Positions 54,830-64,000 of a stretch of DNA of 64,000 nt are shown in pieces. Location: the IMG/VR virus record IMGVR_UViG_3300032285_004008. One strand, written 5' to 3'. The DNA comes from a virus. The translations under genes and the position numbers were made by a program. Each line of letters opens with the position of its first letter. The stretch's first letter is position 1. Below the pieces are notes generated by a model that worked only from the letters and a program-made list of their open reading frames with translations, searched no databases and had not been told where the DNA came from.

Positions 54830-54854
54830 GAGGGGCATCTTTCGATGCCCCTCC
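54830..54854 (-). terminator. Hairpin terminator after the SSB gene
   Basis: GAGGGGCATC-GAAA-GATGCCCCTC. Confidence 0.65.
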
Positions 54855-54865
54855 ACGTTATTTAT

Positions 54866-55420
54866 TTAGAACGGTGTATCTTCTGAAGCGCTTACAGGAG
54901 CGGCAGGTGCAGGTGCTGGTGCCGGTGCAGGTGCAGGGGCAGCAGCAACTGGTGCAGCTGGTGCAGGGGCAGGGGCAGCAGCCGCTGCGGCAGCAAATGC
55001 ATCATTAGCTACAGCCTGAATAGCATTGTAGTTCTTGATTTCATTGCTACGGTTACCGTTATAGGTGCGAGTGGCAATAGTTCCACGGAATGAGCGGTGA
55101 AGCAGTGCCTGCTCAATCTGCGCATTAGTTGGGTTGGTCTCGAAGTATGCCTTGTTCAAGCCAAGAACACCCATCTTCATGAAGAACATTCCAAGAGCCT
55201 TGTTGTTCTCTGGTGAAATTACAAGGTTGTCCCATACGCGACGCTTAGCGTGAGGACCACTCTGAACTTCGGTTGTGATCTTGAACATGGTCTTGCCAGA
55301 CTGAGACACGGTTGCCTTAGACTCGATAACCTTTAGTTCGTAATCGCCATCTGGTAGTGGCTCGTAGGAAGCAGTTTCTCCGGCTTCCTTGACTAGATCG
55401 CTCCAATTAACTGAGCTCAT
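54866..55420 (-). CDS. DUF669-family ssDNA-binding protein
   Basis: PLPDGDYE...SGK.M; Ala/Pro linker and acidic EDTPF tail; next to the Sak4-like ATPase. Confidence 0.8.
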   Translation of the reverse strand: MSSVNWSDLVKEAGETASYEPLPDGDYELKVIESKATVSQSGKTMFKITTEVQSGPHAKRRVWDNLVISPENNKALGMFFMKMGVLGLNKAYFETNPTNAQIEQALLHRSFRGTIATRTYNGNRSNEIKNYNAIQAVANDAFAAAAAAAPAPAPAAPVAAAPAPAPAPAPAPAAPVSASEDTPF

Positions 55421-55423
55421 GAT

Positions 55424-56206
55424 TTACTTTCCTTCACTTGTTGTAGTTGTTTTCTTTGTTGCTGCTTTAGTCTTCTCACCGAAGACGATGTCTAGCATGC
55501 GCTCGACACCAAGGTCCTGCTGTTCTACAACCTTGCCTAGGCGTCCCTGAACGCGCTCTCCAGCTTCGTACTCAGGCGTGCGCTCAACGTACATGCGACG
55601 CACCTTGTATGGGGGCTGTAGTGGGTCAGGATTCGGCATAGTTTCTACCGTAATTGCACCTAGGATGTCATAGAAGTACGGAGCCTGAATTGCTAGCTGA
55701 CCCTGTAGATATGGACGGTATACACCATCAGTACCCTTACGAGCCATAGCAGTCAGGATTACGGCCTCTAGAGGCTGGGTTGGGTGCATTGTAAGGTCAC
55801 GAAGGTCACGAAGTAGCGCACCCATGTGGCGAAGAAGTTCGCCCCACTGCTGCATCTTCATCTGTTCGGTTCCTGCAATGTTGTCCATGCACTTGACCTG
55901 CAACTCAGAGATTGAGTCGATGATCAAAGACTTGAACTGGTGCTTGCCGCTCTGAAGCCACTGGAAGGCCTTCATAACGACATCATAGTCGCGAACCTGG
56001 ACCACAACTGTGTCCCAAGTGCCATCTGCAATAGGTGGCGCTTCGCTAATTGGGTCCCAGTACTTGACGTTAATTGGTAGGAAGCGGTGCCCACCCTCAA
56101 CATCTAGCATTAGGCGTGGGTAAGGTGCTGTGACGGCAAACGAGGATTTACCGACCTTAGATTCGCCATAAACCATAATTGTTAAACTGCGATCAACTTC
56201 AGACAT
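55424..56206 (-). CDS. AAA_24 / Sak4-like ssDNA-annealing ATPase
   Basis: YGESKVGKS, LDVEGG, IIDSISE. Confidence 0.8.
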   Translation of the reverse strand: MSEVDRSLTIMVYGESKVGKSSFAVTAPYPRLMLDVEGGHRFLPINVKYWDPISEAPPIADGTWDTVVVQVRDYDVVMKAFQWLQSGKHQFKSLIIDSISELQVKCMDNIAGTEQMKMQQWGELLRHMGALLRDLRDLTMHPTQPLEAVILTAMARKGTDGVYRPYLQGQLAIQAPYFYDILGAITVETMPNPDPLQPPYKVRRMYVERTPEYEAGERVQGRLGKVVEQQDLGVERMLDIVFGEKTKAATKKTTTTSEGK

Positions 56207-56208
56207 TC

Positions 56209-57147
56209 CTACTCACTTCCTTTCTTCTCTTCGATTCCATAGTAACCGTACGGGTCGGATGACTCGAACGCATCGCTAAGTGCTGCCTCTGCTGCCGAAC
56301 CATCGTCGAACATCGGGCAAATAGCGAAGAACTGGCACTTCCACTTACATTCACGGCCTGGCTTTGGGTACGCAAGCTTTAGGTGGCTCACTCCCTCATC
56401 AAGGCCATCGCGAACACGCATCATATCTTCCAGTGTGCCCTCTAGGCGCTGGTAGAAAGATCGGAGTGCAAACTTATTGTGGCGAACTTCAATCTGGTCG
56501 TAGAACGGTGGCTTAGCATAAGCACCGCGCTTAACCTTACGAAGCATAGTAAAGATGGCTCCATCAGAACGCTCACCGTCCTGGTTCTGAGCCTCTTCCA
56601 AAAGCATGTACGTTAGAACCTGCTCATTCATGTGAGCGATTGCTCCAAATTCCGAGAATGAACCACCAACGGTTTTGAAGTCACGTAGCATACGAGCCCC
56701 ATCGATCTTACGACGAACACGCATATCAATTTTTCCCTGAAGAGTTACGCGACCATCTAACATTGGACGCTCAATAACTTCCTCAGTAGAAATCATGTCT
56801 AGCTCAACATCGATACCCTCAAGCTCGATCCACTCAAGATAGCCCTCAAGCATTACTCTACCGAGCTCTGCTTCAGTCTCTAGCTCAGTGCTGTCGACTC
56901 CACTATCGGTTAGCGTCTTCATATCAATTTTCACTAGCTCAGCGTGAATCTCTAGAAGATCGCGTTCCATATTAGACGTATAGTACTGATCAAGCGCCTC
57001 GTGAATACGAGAGCCCAACGCTAGTGCACCGGTAAAACTCTGCACCTTTGGCTTTAGACGACGGTAGTAAGTTAGCCACCAACGGCGACGGCAGTCCTTA
57101 AAGGTTTGGATCTCTGAGTTAGAGATACGGATTGGTTCAGTTGTCAT
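56209..57147 (-). CDS. PD-(D/E)XK Cas4/RecB-like exonuclease
   Basis: S.SEIQTFKDCRRRW, GS.IH, GKID...DFKT, Q..Y, C..C....C. Confidence 0.85.
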   Translation of the reverse strand: MTTEPIRISNSEIQTFKDCRRRWWLTYYRRLKPKVQSFTGALALGSRIHEALDQYYTSNMERDLLEIHAELVKIDMKTLTDSGVDSTELETEAELGRVMLEGYLEWIELEGIDVELDMISTEEVIERPMLDGRVTLQGKIDMRVRRKIDGARMLRDFKTVGGSFSEFGAIAHMNEQVLTYMLLEEAQNQDGERSDGAIFTMLRKVKRGAYAKPPFYDQIEVRHNKFALRSFYQRLEGTLEDMMRVRDGLDEGVSHLKLAYPKPGRECKWKCQFFAICPMFDDGSAAEAALSDAFESSDPYGYYGIEEKKGSE

Positions 57148-58961
57148 TTTGTCGTTGCCTTGCTTTCCTTTAGCATCTTGAGCAGTTGTTGTTTATCTCG
57201 AACAATCTGCTCAAAGTTATCGGCTTTTGTATCTAGGGCCTGAATAACACGCTCTTCGATTGTGTTTTCAGTCACATAGTCAGTGATAATCACAGAGTCA
57301 TGGATCTCTGAACCGATACGGTGTACTCGGTCAAGAGCCTGCTTGTGGTCAACCAAAGACCATGGTCGTTGTAGCATAACAAGACGGCGTGCAGTTGTCA
57401 AGGTGACACCAACACCACCGGCCTGGGCAGTAAAAAGAATCCATTTAGTCTTGCCAGACTGGAAATCATCGATGGACTTCTGACGCTCATCCTGATCCTG
57501 AGCACCGGTAATTAGACCATGCTCGATCCCCTCCTTAGTCAGACGTGCACTAAGAATTTCAATAAGCTGACGAGATACGGCGCAGACTGCTACAGAGTCA
57601 TCACCAAAATCGCCATTTTTCATATCATCCATCAGAGCATCAACCTTACAGGAGGGGTCTGACAAAAGTACTTTTTCCTCACCGGTAGCCGGATCAATGG
57701 TCACATCGGCATAGGAGCTGGCTAGTTGAAGTAGACGCAAAGCCTGGGTGAGTGGGTTAGGTGCAACTACAGAATCTCCAACTGTCCCGTCCTCTTTCTC
57801 GATTAGGGCAATCATGTGGTCCAGCATTTGCTTATACGCTTTAGCCTGCTTTGCACCCATTTCGACATCACGACGTTCATTGATAACTTCTGGAAGCCAA
57901 GGTAGAACTCGAGACTTCAACATACGGCGCATGCGTGGATTAATAGATGCGTAAAACTCTTGCTCCATGTGAGGCTTCACACCGAGAACCATCATTCCAC
58001 CGAATGCGTTCAACATGGTATCAATCATTCGGTCAATCCATTTAGTCTTTGATGGCCACTCTTCAGGAGATATCCAGTGCAAGATAGGCCACAGATCTAC
58101 AACATCCTTAGCAATAGGTGTACCAGTCAATGCAAAACGAATATCAGCATCACCAGTGGCTGCCCAAAGAGCACGGGTTTGCTTAGACTTAGGGTCCTTA
58201 GAGCGGTGGATCTCATCTGCAACTACAGACTTAAAGTTAATCTCATTAAGCTCGCGCTGGTGGACTTCACAGCGGCTAGGAGTGATTCGAGAATCATGTC
58301 CCTTACAATCAATACAACGAGCCAATGCAATTGAGCCATAAGATGAAAGCTTTGAATGGGTGCGTAGTGACTCCCAGTTGATGACAATTACATCTGACTG
58401 CTGGTCAAACTGAGCACGACGCTGGGTGGCGGAACCATTGATAACGGTGACATTTACTCCAGGCCACCACTTATCAAACTCTCGTTCCCAGTTCTTTTTG
58501 AGAGTATTTGGGCAGACAATGAGAGCTGGAAAAACCTCTTCACCACGATCGTGTAGCTTCTTGAGAGCACGTATAGCCTGAGCGGTCTTACCAAGTCCAG
58601 GTTCATCGGCAAGTAGGGCACGCTTAGAGGTTGCTAAAAACTCAACTCCAGCACGCTGATGAGGAAATAAATCCTGGTCACCATCTTCCATAACATCTAC
58701 ATCACGTAGAGCATTAGATGGGTCGACTCGGTCAGCTTTCTCCCGCTTGGCCCACTCGGTCAATTTAGGCCCTAATTCGAGCTCAGCCTTGAATGTAGAC
58801 CTTAAAGCCAGGCAGCCACCCCAGGACACAGGGATACGCCAAATCTGCTCCTTAGCGCTCCAGGAGGCTCCTGGAAGGCTTTTACAGAGCTCTTTTAAAC
58901 GCCACTCGGCTGTAACCACAATGTGGGTTCCTGGGTCATCCAGCTCTACAAATACTGACAT
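57144..58961 (-). CDS. SNF2-family helicase
   Basis: LADEPGLGKT, DEIH, LTGTP, GGVGVTLT, QALDRVHRIG. Confidence 0.92.
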   Translation of the reverse strand: MSVFVELDDPGTHIVVTAEWRLKELCKSLPGASWSAKEQIWRIPVSWGGCLALRSTFKAELELGPKLTEWAKREKADRVDPSNALRDVDVMEDGDQDLFPHQRAGVEFLATSKRALLADEPGLGKTAQAIRALKKLHDRGEEVFPALIVCPNTLKKNWEREFDKWWPGVNVTVINGSATQRRAQFDQQSDVIVINWESLRTHSKLSSYGSIALARCIDCKGHDSRITPSRCEVHQRELNEINFKSVVADEIHRSKDPKSKQTRALWAATGDADIRFALTGTPIAKDVVDLWPILHWISPEEWPSKTKWIDRMIDTMLNAFGGMMVLGVKPHMEQEFYASINPRMRRMLKSRVLPWLPEVINERRDVEMGAKQAKAYKQMLDHMIALIEKEDGTVGDSVVAPNPLTQALRLLQLASSYADVTIDPATGEEKVLLSDPSCKVDALMDDMKNGDFGDDSVAVCAVSRQLIEILSARLTKEGIEHGLITGAQDQDERQKSIDDFQSGKTKWILFTAQAGGVGVTLTTARRLVMLQRPWSLVDHKQALDRVHRIGSEIHDSVIITDYVTENTIEERVIQALDTKADNFEQIVRDKQQLLKMLKESKATTK

Positions 58962-59035
58962 TTGAGTCCTTAAATATGTTGTACGAATATATTATCAGAA
59001 AAAATAAAGTTTGTAAACTTTTTTTGATAATAACT

Positions 59036-59500
59036 TTAATTTAATAAGTTTAGTGGTTTCCAGCCACTTTTGACAAGTCTTAGTAGCCCATGTCTGATTG
59101 CATCCAAAGCATGCCCTTCTCCACCCCTATGCCAGTACTCTAGCTTTTTTAGGGCTTCATTGGGGAACATAGCCTTGGCATCAGCGGGGGATTGGAAGTA
59201 GATATCGTCTGCCGGACGATCTACATCCATCAAACACTGCTTCAATATGCCAATCTGTTCCAGCGAATATGGAGCCTGAGAATTGCGCACCGTTTGCGCA
59301 TTGATAGTAAATCGTTCGCAAACAACTTCGATTCCATCGCCCTCTGAGGCATAGAGTTCTAGGTACTGACGGATTGGTTTAGCGTATTCTTCTTGCTGAA
59401 CCTCCCCAGACCAGATCAAAACTGGGTCACCACCCAACTCAAAGGAGAATAGGGCAATACCCGTGGCTTTTCCAGGGTCTACTGATAATACATATTTCAT
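59036..59500 (-). CDS. RuvC-like Holliday junction resolvase
   Basis: SVDPG.ATG, VVCE.F, HALDA. Confidence 0.7.
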   Translation of the reverse strand: MKYVLSVDPGKATGIALFSFELGGDPVLIWSGEVQQEEYAKPIRQYLELYASEGDGIEVVCERFTINAQTVRNSQAPYSLEQIGILKQCLMDVDRPADDIYFQSPADAKAMFPNEALKKLEYWHRGGEGHALDAIRHGLLRLVKSGWKPLNLLN

Positions 59501-59820
59501 GTCCAGAACACATTTCCTACCTTATATTTTTCAAGGTATCGTTTACATTTTTTGCACGGTTCAGAATTAACAGGAGTACCATCTGCAGAAAGCCTAGCTA
59601 CATACATAGTAGCCCCAGCAGCTCGTGGTCCTGCCTCCAAAAGAGCAGCCACTTCAGCGTGAACATGAGAGCGACGCCACCCCTTAGTTTGATCATTTAC
59701 AATCTTGTTCACACCAGATGCAATAATCTGACCACGATAGACAATTACAGCACCGTGCTGATACCTACATCGACTAGTTGCAGCAAGTGCAACAGCCTTG
59801 GTGATGTATTTACTCTTCAT
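59497..59820 (-). CDS. Cytidine/dCMP deaminase-like zinc protein
   Basis: HGAV...G.N...HAE...PCKKC. Confidence 0.8.
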   Translation of the reverse strand: MKSKYITKAVALAATSRCRYQHGAVIVYRGQIIASGVNKIVNDQTKGWRRSHVHAEVAALLEAGPRAAGATMYVARLSADGTPVNSEPCKKCKRYLEKYKVGNVFWT

Positions 59821-61637
59821 TAGTACTTCTCTCCCCAGTTCTCTAGGGGTCCATCAGCATCAGCAGTTAGAGGAACTGCCCAACCTTCTCGAGTTGTCAT
59901 ACACTCACGAACAATTTCTTTAATCTCTTCTGCCTGATTACGAGGAGCATTGAGAACAATTTCGTCGTGAACAGGAACAATAAGCAGTTCAGTAAGATCA
60001 GCTTGATCTAGTTTTACTAGGTTTGATTTAAATATTTCAGCTGCACCACCCTGAATCAGATAGTTGACCAAAGTGTAGACACGATCTTCATCGCAAGGCA
60101 AACGACGACCAGTCCAAGTATTTACATACCCCTGACCTTCCTCACGAAGACGACGCATGCCGATATCTTCGACTTTCTTTTGGAACATAGCCATACCCGG
60201 GAATCGTTTATCAAACTCATCTGAAACGGCACGCATCTGAGTCTCTGGCACACCTGCAGTAAGAGCCTGCTTGGCAACACCTGCACCATATAGACGTCCA
60301 TAAACTACACCCTTGATTAGACCACGGCGCTTATCGGACTTTTGCATAGTAGGGTCCTGATAAATTTCACGACCAATTTCGGTAAACGGATCAGAGCCGG
60401 TTGCGTCTGCAAGATTGAAAAGGCTAATAAGGTTCGGGTCCTTTGACAGAGTCGAGAACATACGGAACTCAACCTGATCTAGGTCAGAGGTAATAATTAC
60501 GTGGTCATCGTCTTTCGGAAGGAATGCACGACGAACAGTATCGTCACCCTTTGGCAGAGTTTGTAGCGCAGGGTTCTGAATAGACATGCGACCGGTACGA
60601 GCTCCCATAGTCTTAACCGATGGGTGTACAAATCCATTCACATTGTCATTGATGAAGTTAGAGAAGTATGTGGAAGCGAGCTTGTCAGCTTTGCGTTGCT
60701 TTAGAACTGTATCTGCTAGCTGTTGAACTTCAGGAGTACCATCACGCAGTAGAAGCTTCAGCTGATCCGCAGATGCAGACTTAGCACCAGACGGGGTTGT
60801 TTGGGTAATGGTAGCTCCTAGAGCTTCAAACTGGCGAACTAGCTGAGCATTACTTGTAATAGATAGACCGTTGTAGTTGTCTTTACCCCACTGCTTTACC
60901 TGCTCGGTATAGTCAATAAGTTCTTGATACTTGCGCTTTGAATAGTCCAAGTCAAGTCGGGCACCGTTTAGCTCCATACGAGTGACGATACGTCGAGTAT
61001 TCATCTCAAGCTCGTAAGCCTGTGAGTATGGGCGACCAGGGGCACACTTTTCCCAAAACTGCTCAAACAGCTTCATAGTAAGAACAGTGTCCAAAGCACC
61101 ATATGCCCAGTACGGCTGGTAATTAACTGGAACGGTTCCCCAAGTCCAGCCATTTTTTACCATACCATCGTCAAGCCCCTGCTGAAGACTAGCGGCTTTG
61201 GCATCAACATACTGAGAAGTTAGACGCTTTAGCGCACCAGAACCAAGAGGATCGATCAGGTGAGCCATAATCATGGTGTCATGAGCTTGATGCCAAGGAA
61301 TATCCCAGTCGGACTGTACGTCAAACCATCGAGCTTCGAATCCAATATTGTGACAGACAATAGGTCCATCAAATTGATTCATGCCTTGATAAAAAACGCC
61401 CTTCCAGTGATCCCACGGGATAGACCAGCCAGTTTGACCATCACCAACCTGAACAAGACGTAAACGCCCATGCCAAGGAGATAGTGCATCATCACGCTTG
61501 CCACCAGGTAGCTCCCCTGTTTCTGTATCGATTGCAATTGCATTAAGAGGGCGACGTTCGCCCAGCCATGTCAGGAATTTACCTGCCTGCTCTACGCTAT
61601 CTACTAGCTGTAGGCTGACATCACCCAATCCAGTCAT
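59820..61637 (-). CDS. polA: Family A DNA polymerase (3'-5' exo + pol, no 5'-3' exo)
   Basis: DTET, HN..F, DT, Y..D exo motifs; TGRMS..NP.LQ, D..QVEFR, K...YG..YG, IQGGAAE, VHDE. Confidence 0.93.
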   Translation of the reverse strand: MTGLGDVSLQLVDSVEQAGKFLTWLGERRPLNAIAIDTETGELPGGKRDDALSPWHGRLRLVQVGDGQTGWSIPWDHWKGVFYQGMNQFDGPIVCHNIGFEARWFDVQSDWDIPWHQAHDTMIMAHLIDPLGSGALKRLTSQYVDAKAASLQQGLDDGMVKNGWTWGTVPVNYQPYWAYGALDTVLTMKLFEQFWEKCAPGRPYSQAYELEMNTRRIVTRMELNGARLDLDYSKRKYQELIDYTEQVKQWGKDNYNGLSITSNAQLVRQFEALGATITQTTPSGAKSASADQLKLLLRDGTPEVQQLADTVLKQRKADKLASTYFSNFINDNVNGFVHPSVKTMGARTGRMSIQNPALQTLPKGDDTVRRAFLPKDDDHVIITSDLDQVEFRMFSTLSKDPNLISLFNLADATGSDPFTEIGREIYQDPTMQKSDKRRGLIKGVVYGRLYGAGVAKQALTAGVPETQMRAVSDEFDKRFPGMAMFQKKVEDIGMRRLREEGQGYVNTWTGRRLPCDEDRVYTLVNYLIQGGAAEIFKSNLVKLDQADLTELLIVPVHDEIVLNAPRNQAEEIKEIVRECMTTREGWAVPLTADADGPLENWGEKY

Positions 61638-61712
61638 TCAGATCCTTATTAGTTGTGGAAGACCACTCTAACAAATCTGATAATAACTTGTCAACTTAAC
61701 CCGGCGTGTCGT

Positions 61713-62183
61713 TTAGGGGATAATTTCATATCTGTAAATATTTGCAATATCTGCATCTGCTCGCGCAGCATCTTCTAGAAGCCTTTGAGCAACATTAGTT
61801 AGATAGCGAGCACCACCGTCGTCATATTTATATAACGCGTCAAGTACCGCAGATGGCTCCTCTGATACCTGAGCCCAATAACGATACTTTTCTGGAAAGA
61901 TTAAATCAAGCTCTTCGGTTGGATTACACTCATCGCACGGTAGTGCATGGTCTTTAAGCTCGGAACTAGGGGCTTCTGTTAAGTTATATCGACGAACCAA
62001 AGCACAGGCAGCTCCATGAAAAACTAAAGAGACGCCGATACGAGAGAGGATATAAGACCCGCTCTCGGTACGGTACAGCTCGAACTCAATCCAGCGGGTA
62101 GAGTCATTTCGCTTCGAGGAAGATTTTCCAAGAAGCTTACCGTTGAATTGAAGCGTACGAGCTCCGTCTTTTACTTCAAACAT
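61713..62183 (-). CDS. Hypothetical protein
   Basis: 156 aa; RW.EFELYRT..G.Y; H...C and C..C residues. Confidence 0.6.
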   Translation of the reverse strand: MFEVKDGARTLQFNGKLLGKSSSKRNDSTRWIEFELYRTESGSYILSRIGVSLVFHGAACALVRRYNLTEAPSSELKDHALPCDECNPTEELDLIFPEKYRYWAQVSEEPSAVLDALYKYDDGGARYLTNVAQRLLEDAARADADIANIYRYEIIP

Positions 62184-62187
62184 GTGG

Positions 62188-62358
62188 TTATTTATTATCC
62201 TTAGGGGACACTTCTTCAGCTCTCTTCAAAGCAGCTCTAGTAGCATCTAACTCGGCTTCTAGCTCTATAATCTGAAAAACAGCCGTAGTTAACTTCTCTC
62301 TAGTTTTTAATAGAAGAACAGTTAGGGTTTCTTTAGATATTTCTTCGTTATTAGTCAT
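62188..62358 (-). CDS. Small coiled-coil protein (56 aa)
   Basis: Hand translation MTNNEEISKETLTVLLLKTREKLTTAVFQIIELEAELDATRAALKRAEEVSPKDNK*; fills the gap; not in the ORF track. Confidence 0.6.
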   Translation of the reverse strand: MTNNEEISKETLTVLLLKTREKLTTAVFQIIELEAELDATRAALKRAEEVSPKDNK

Positions 62359-62707
62359 TTGGGGTCACTCTTCCTTTTTCATATAGGTACAAACCAATGC
62401 CCATAGCTTCCGAGATAGCATGACCAAGATTAAAACCAAGGGTCGAAGATCTATAAGAGATCGATGGATTTTCAGGTTGATCTCCAATTGGCAAGATAAT
62501 ATCTAGACTAGACTCTATTTCTTGTCTTATTGCTGAGTAAAACTCCGGTAGGGATTCAGCAGGAGTATTTAAGATATATTCTTCCATGCCAACTGATTGA
62601 ACTGCTATCTCATTTTGCTCGGAATCTAATAGCTTCTTTACTGTAGATATACTTTGAAGTACGCCATCAGAGTTTTTATTGTAAATAATTAGATAAATCC
62701 ACTGCAT
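62351..62707 (-). CDS. Hypothetical protein
   Basis: 118-aa ORF after the fibre gene. Confidence 0.5.
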   Translation of the reverse strand: MQWIYLIIYNKNSDGVLQSISTVKKLLDSEQNEIAVQSVGMEEYILNTPAESLPEFYSAIRQEIESSLDIILPIGDQPENPSISYRSSTLGFNLGHAISEAMGIGLYLYEKGRVTPND

Positions 62708-62711
62708 AATT

Positions 62712-64000
62712 TTACGCTTTCTTCATTTTGTCTATAGTAGATTCTAGCTCAGATATCCTGCTTTGATAATTTTTTAGAACAGGAATTATCGCAGCAACTA
62801 AAGTACCATAGTTAACCGATTCTGCTGAACCATCCTCATTATGATGCACAAATAGGTTAAATCCCGCTTCATCTAAATCTTCTGCAATAAATCCAGGATA
62901 ACGTTTTAATCCAGTAGGGTTATTTCCATTAGCGATATATTCATTTTTATCAATCCAGGTCTTGGGTTGGAGATTTAAAATCCCCAAGCCGGTATCTAGA
63001 GGCTCTTCCAAAACCTTATACCTTCTAGAAGAGCTAAATCTGACCAAACCAGCACCGCTCGCCGATTGGTGGACCGCAGTGGAGTTACCAGTGGATGTGT
63101 TTGGATACATAGTCCCGGTGGGGGTGATTAGGACCCTAGTATTAGAATTACTGTCTGTACCCCAAAGGCCGTCAGAAGTAGTTCCAGATGCCATAAGTAT
63201 TCTAGACATAGCATGTATAGTATTAGTGCCGCTAGTAAGCCTTAGGGTTCCTGAAGCACCTAGATTTAGTTCATTTCCACCATAGGTGCTTATATATATG
63301 CCGCCACTAGATCTATAATAAGAATTGTATGCACCAATGTCACCGCTGTACTGCCATGCTAGAGCATTAATATTATAATCTAATCCAACTAAAAAGTCAG
63401 ACCACTGGGCCGAAGTTCCAATTATTCCTTTAAAATACCCACTCTTCAAAAAAGAAACACCAGTAAAGGTAACCGGGTACCCTGAAACTTGGTGATTTCC
63501 AATAATAACTTCGCTAGAACCGTATGCTGGATTACCACCACTATCTACTGAATCAGCAAATGTTATGGATGTAGAAGCTAAAATCTTGTCACCAGTAATT
63601 GCCCTAGATGAGATTTTTTCTGCGGTGACAGCACCAACATCTAGCTTATCTGTAGTTATAGCATTACTTTTTATACTACCGGCTTCAATTGTTAAAGCAC
63701 TGATTAGGCTTCCGGTAATAGTATTTCCAACAATCACATCAGATGCAGTAACTGATCCCTTAACAATATTAGCGCCGTTAATTACTCTGCCGATAATGTC
63801 TGTATCCACTAGTGGCTGTACAGAAATATTAGCCTGCGCTGAGGGAGACGTTTTTATTCCGTTTGACTCCATCAAAACTAGTCTGAAATAGTATGTAGTG
63901 TTGTACGCCAGGCTAGGAGCTACTAAAGTACCAGATACTCCGTTATAAGTAATAGTTCCGATAAATGTTGCGCTAGAAGGGGTAAATCCAGAGGTAGTCG
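62712..64000 (-). CDS. Tail fibre/spike with C-terminal S74 intramolecular chaperone (5'-partial)
   Basis: Frame stays open to the window end (FN3-like YNTTYYFRL); SSRRYK cleavage-type motif, GFIAEDL, VNYG, terminal coiled coil. Confidence 0.8.
   Translation of the reverse strand, partial: TTSGFTPSSATFIGTITYNGVSGTLVAPSLAYNTTYYFRLVLMESNGIKTSPSAQANISVQPLVDTDIIGRVINGANIVKGSVTASDVIVGNTITGSLISALTIEAGSIKSNAITTDKLDVGAVTAEKISSRAITGDKILASTSITFADSVDSGGNPAYGSSEVIIGNHQVSGYPVTFTGVSFLKSGYFKGIIGTSAQWSDFLVGLDYNINALAWQYSGDIGAYNSYYRSSGGIYISTYGGNELNLGASGTLRLTSGTNTIHAMSRILMASGTTSDGLWGTDSNSNTRVLITPTGTMYPNTSTGNSTAVHQSASGAGLVRFSSSRRYKVLEEPLDTGLGILNLQPKTWIDKNEYIANGNNPTGLKRYPGFIAEDLDEAGFNLFVHHNEDGSAESVNYGTLVAAIIPVLKNYQSRISELESTIDKMKKA

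Overview
This is a 64-kb segment of a large, relatively AT-rich tailed dsDNA phage whose host is very probably an actinobacterium (two WhiB genes, DUF3039, class Ib nrdHIEF, a tmRNA tag ending FALAA, many leaderless-style promoters). No capsid, terminase or integrase gene lies in the window. Left arm (1-18.9 kb, mostly minus strand): nucleotide metabolism (dNMP kinase, thyX, dut, nrdHIEF), ahpC, modification enzymes, four tRNAs and a tmRNA. Centre (18.9-45.4 kb, plus strand): two cassettes of virion fibre/appendage genes, including Gly-X-Thr collagen-like proteins, on either side of an uninterrupted 10-gene array of 8 prolyl-hydroxylase-like 2OG-Fe(II) dioxygenases and 2 DUF6065-like proteins. 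Each cassette starts with a paralogous ~120-aa adaptor gene and ends in a protein carrying a Pro/Tyr/Phe repeat (PPYF/PYF/PPFF). In the first cassette the repeat is fused directly to a C-terminal Hint (intein-like) domain, just upstream of the dioxygenase array. Right arm (45.4-64 kb): primase-helicase, phosphoesterase, kinase/nucleotidyltransferase fusion, glycosyltransferase, SSB, Sak4-like ATPase, nuclease, SNF2 helicase, resolvase, deaminase, PolA and a partial S74-chaperone tail fibre. The best candidate for an undescribed system is a phage-encoded post-translational maturation pathway for virion appendages (Pro/aromatic repeat + Hint domain + hydroxylase array + glycan-tailoring enzymes). 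Domain calls come from motif recognition by eye; no searches were run.
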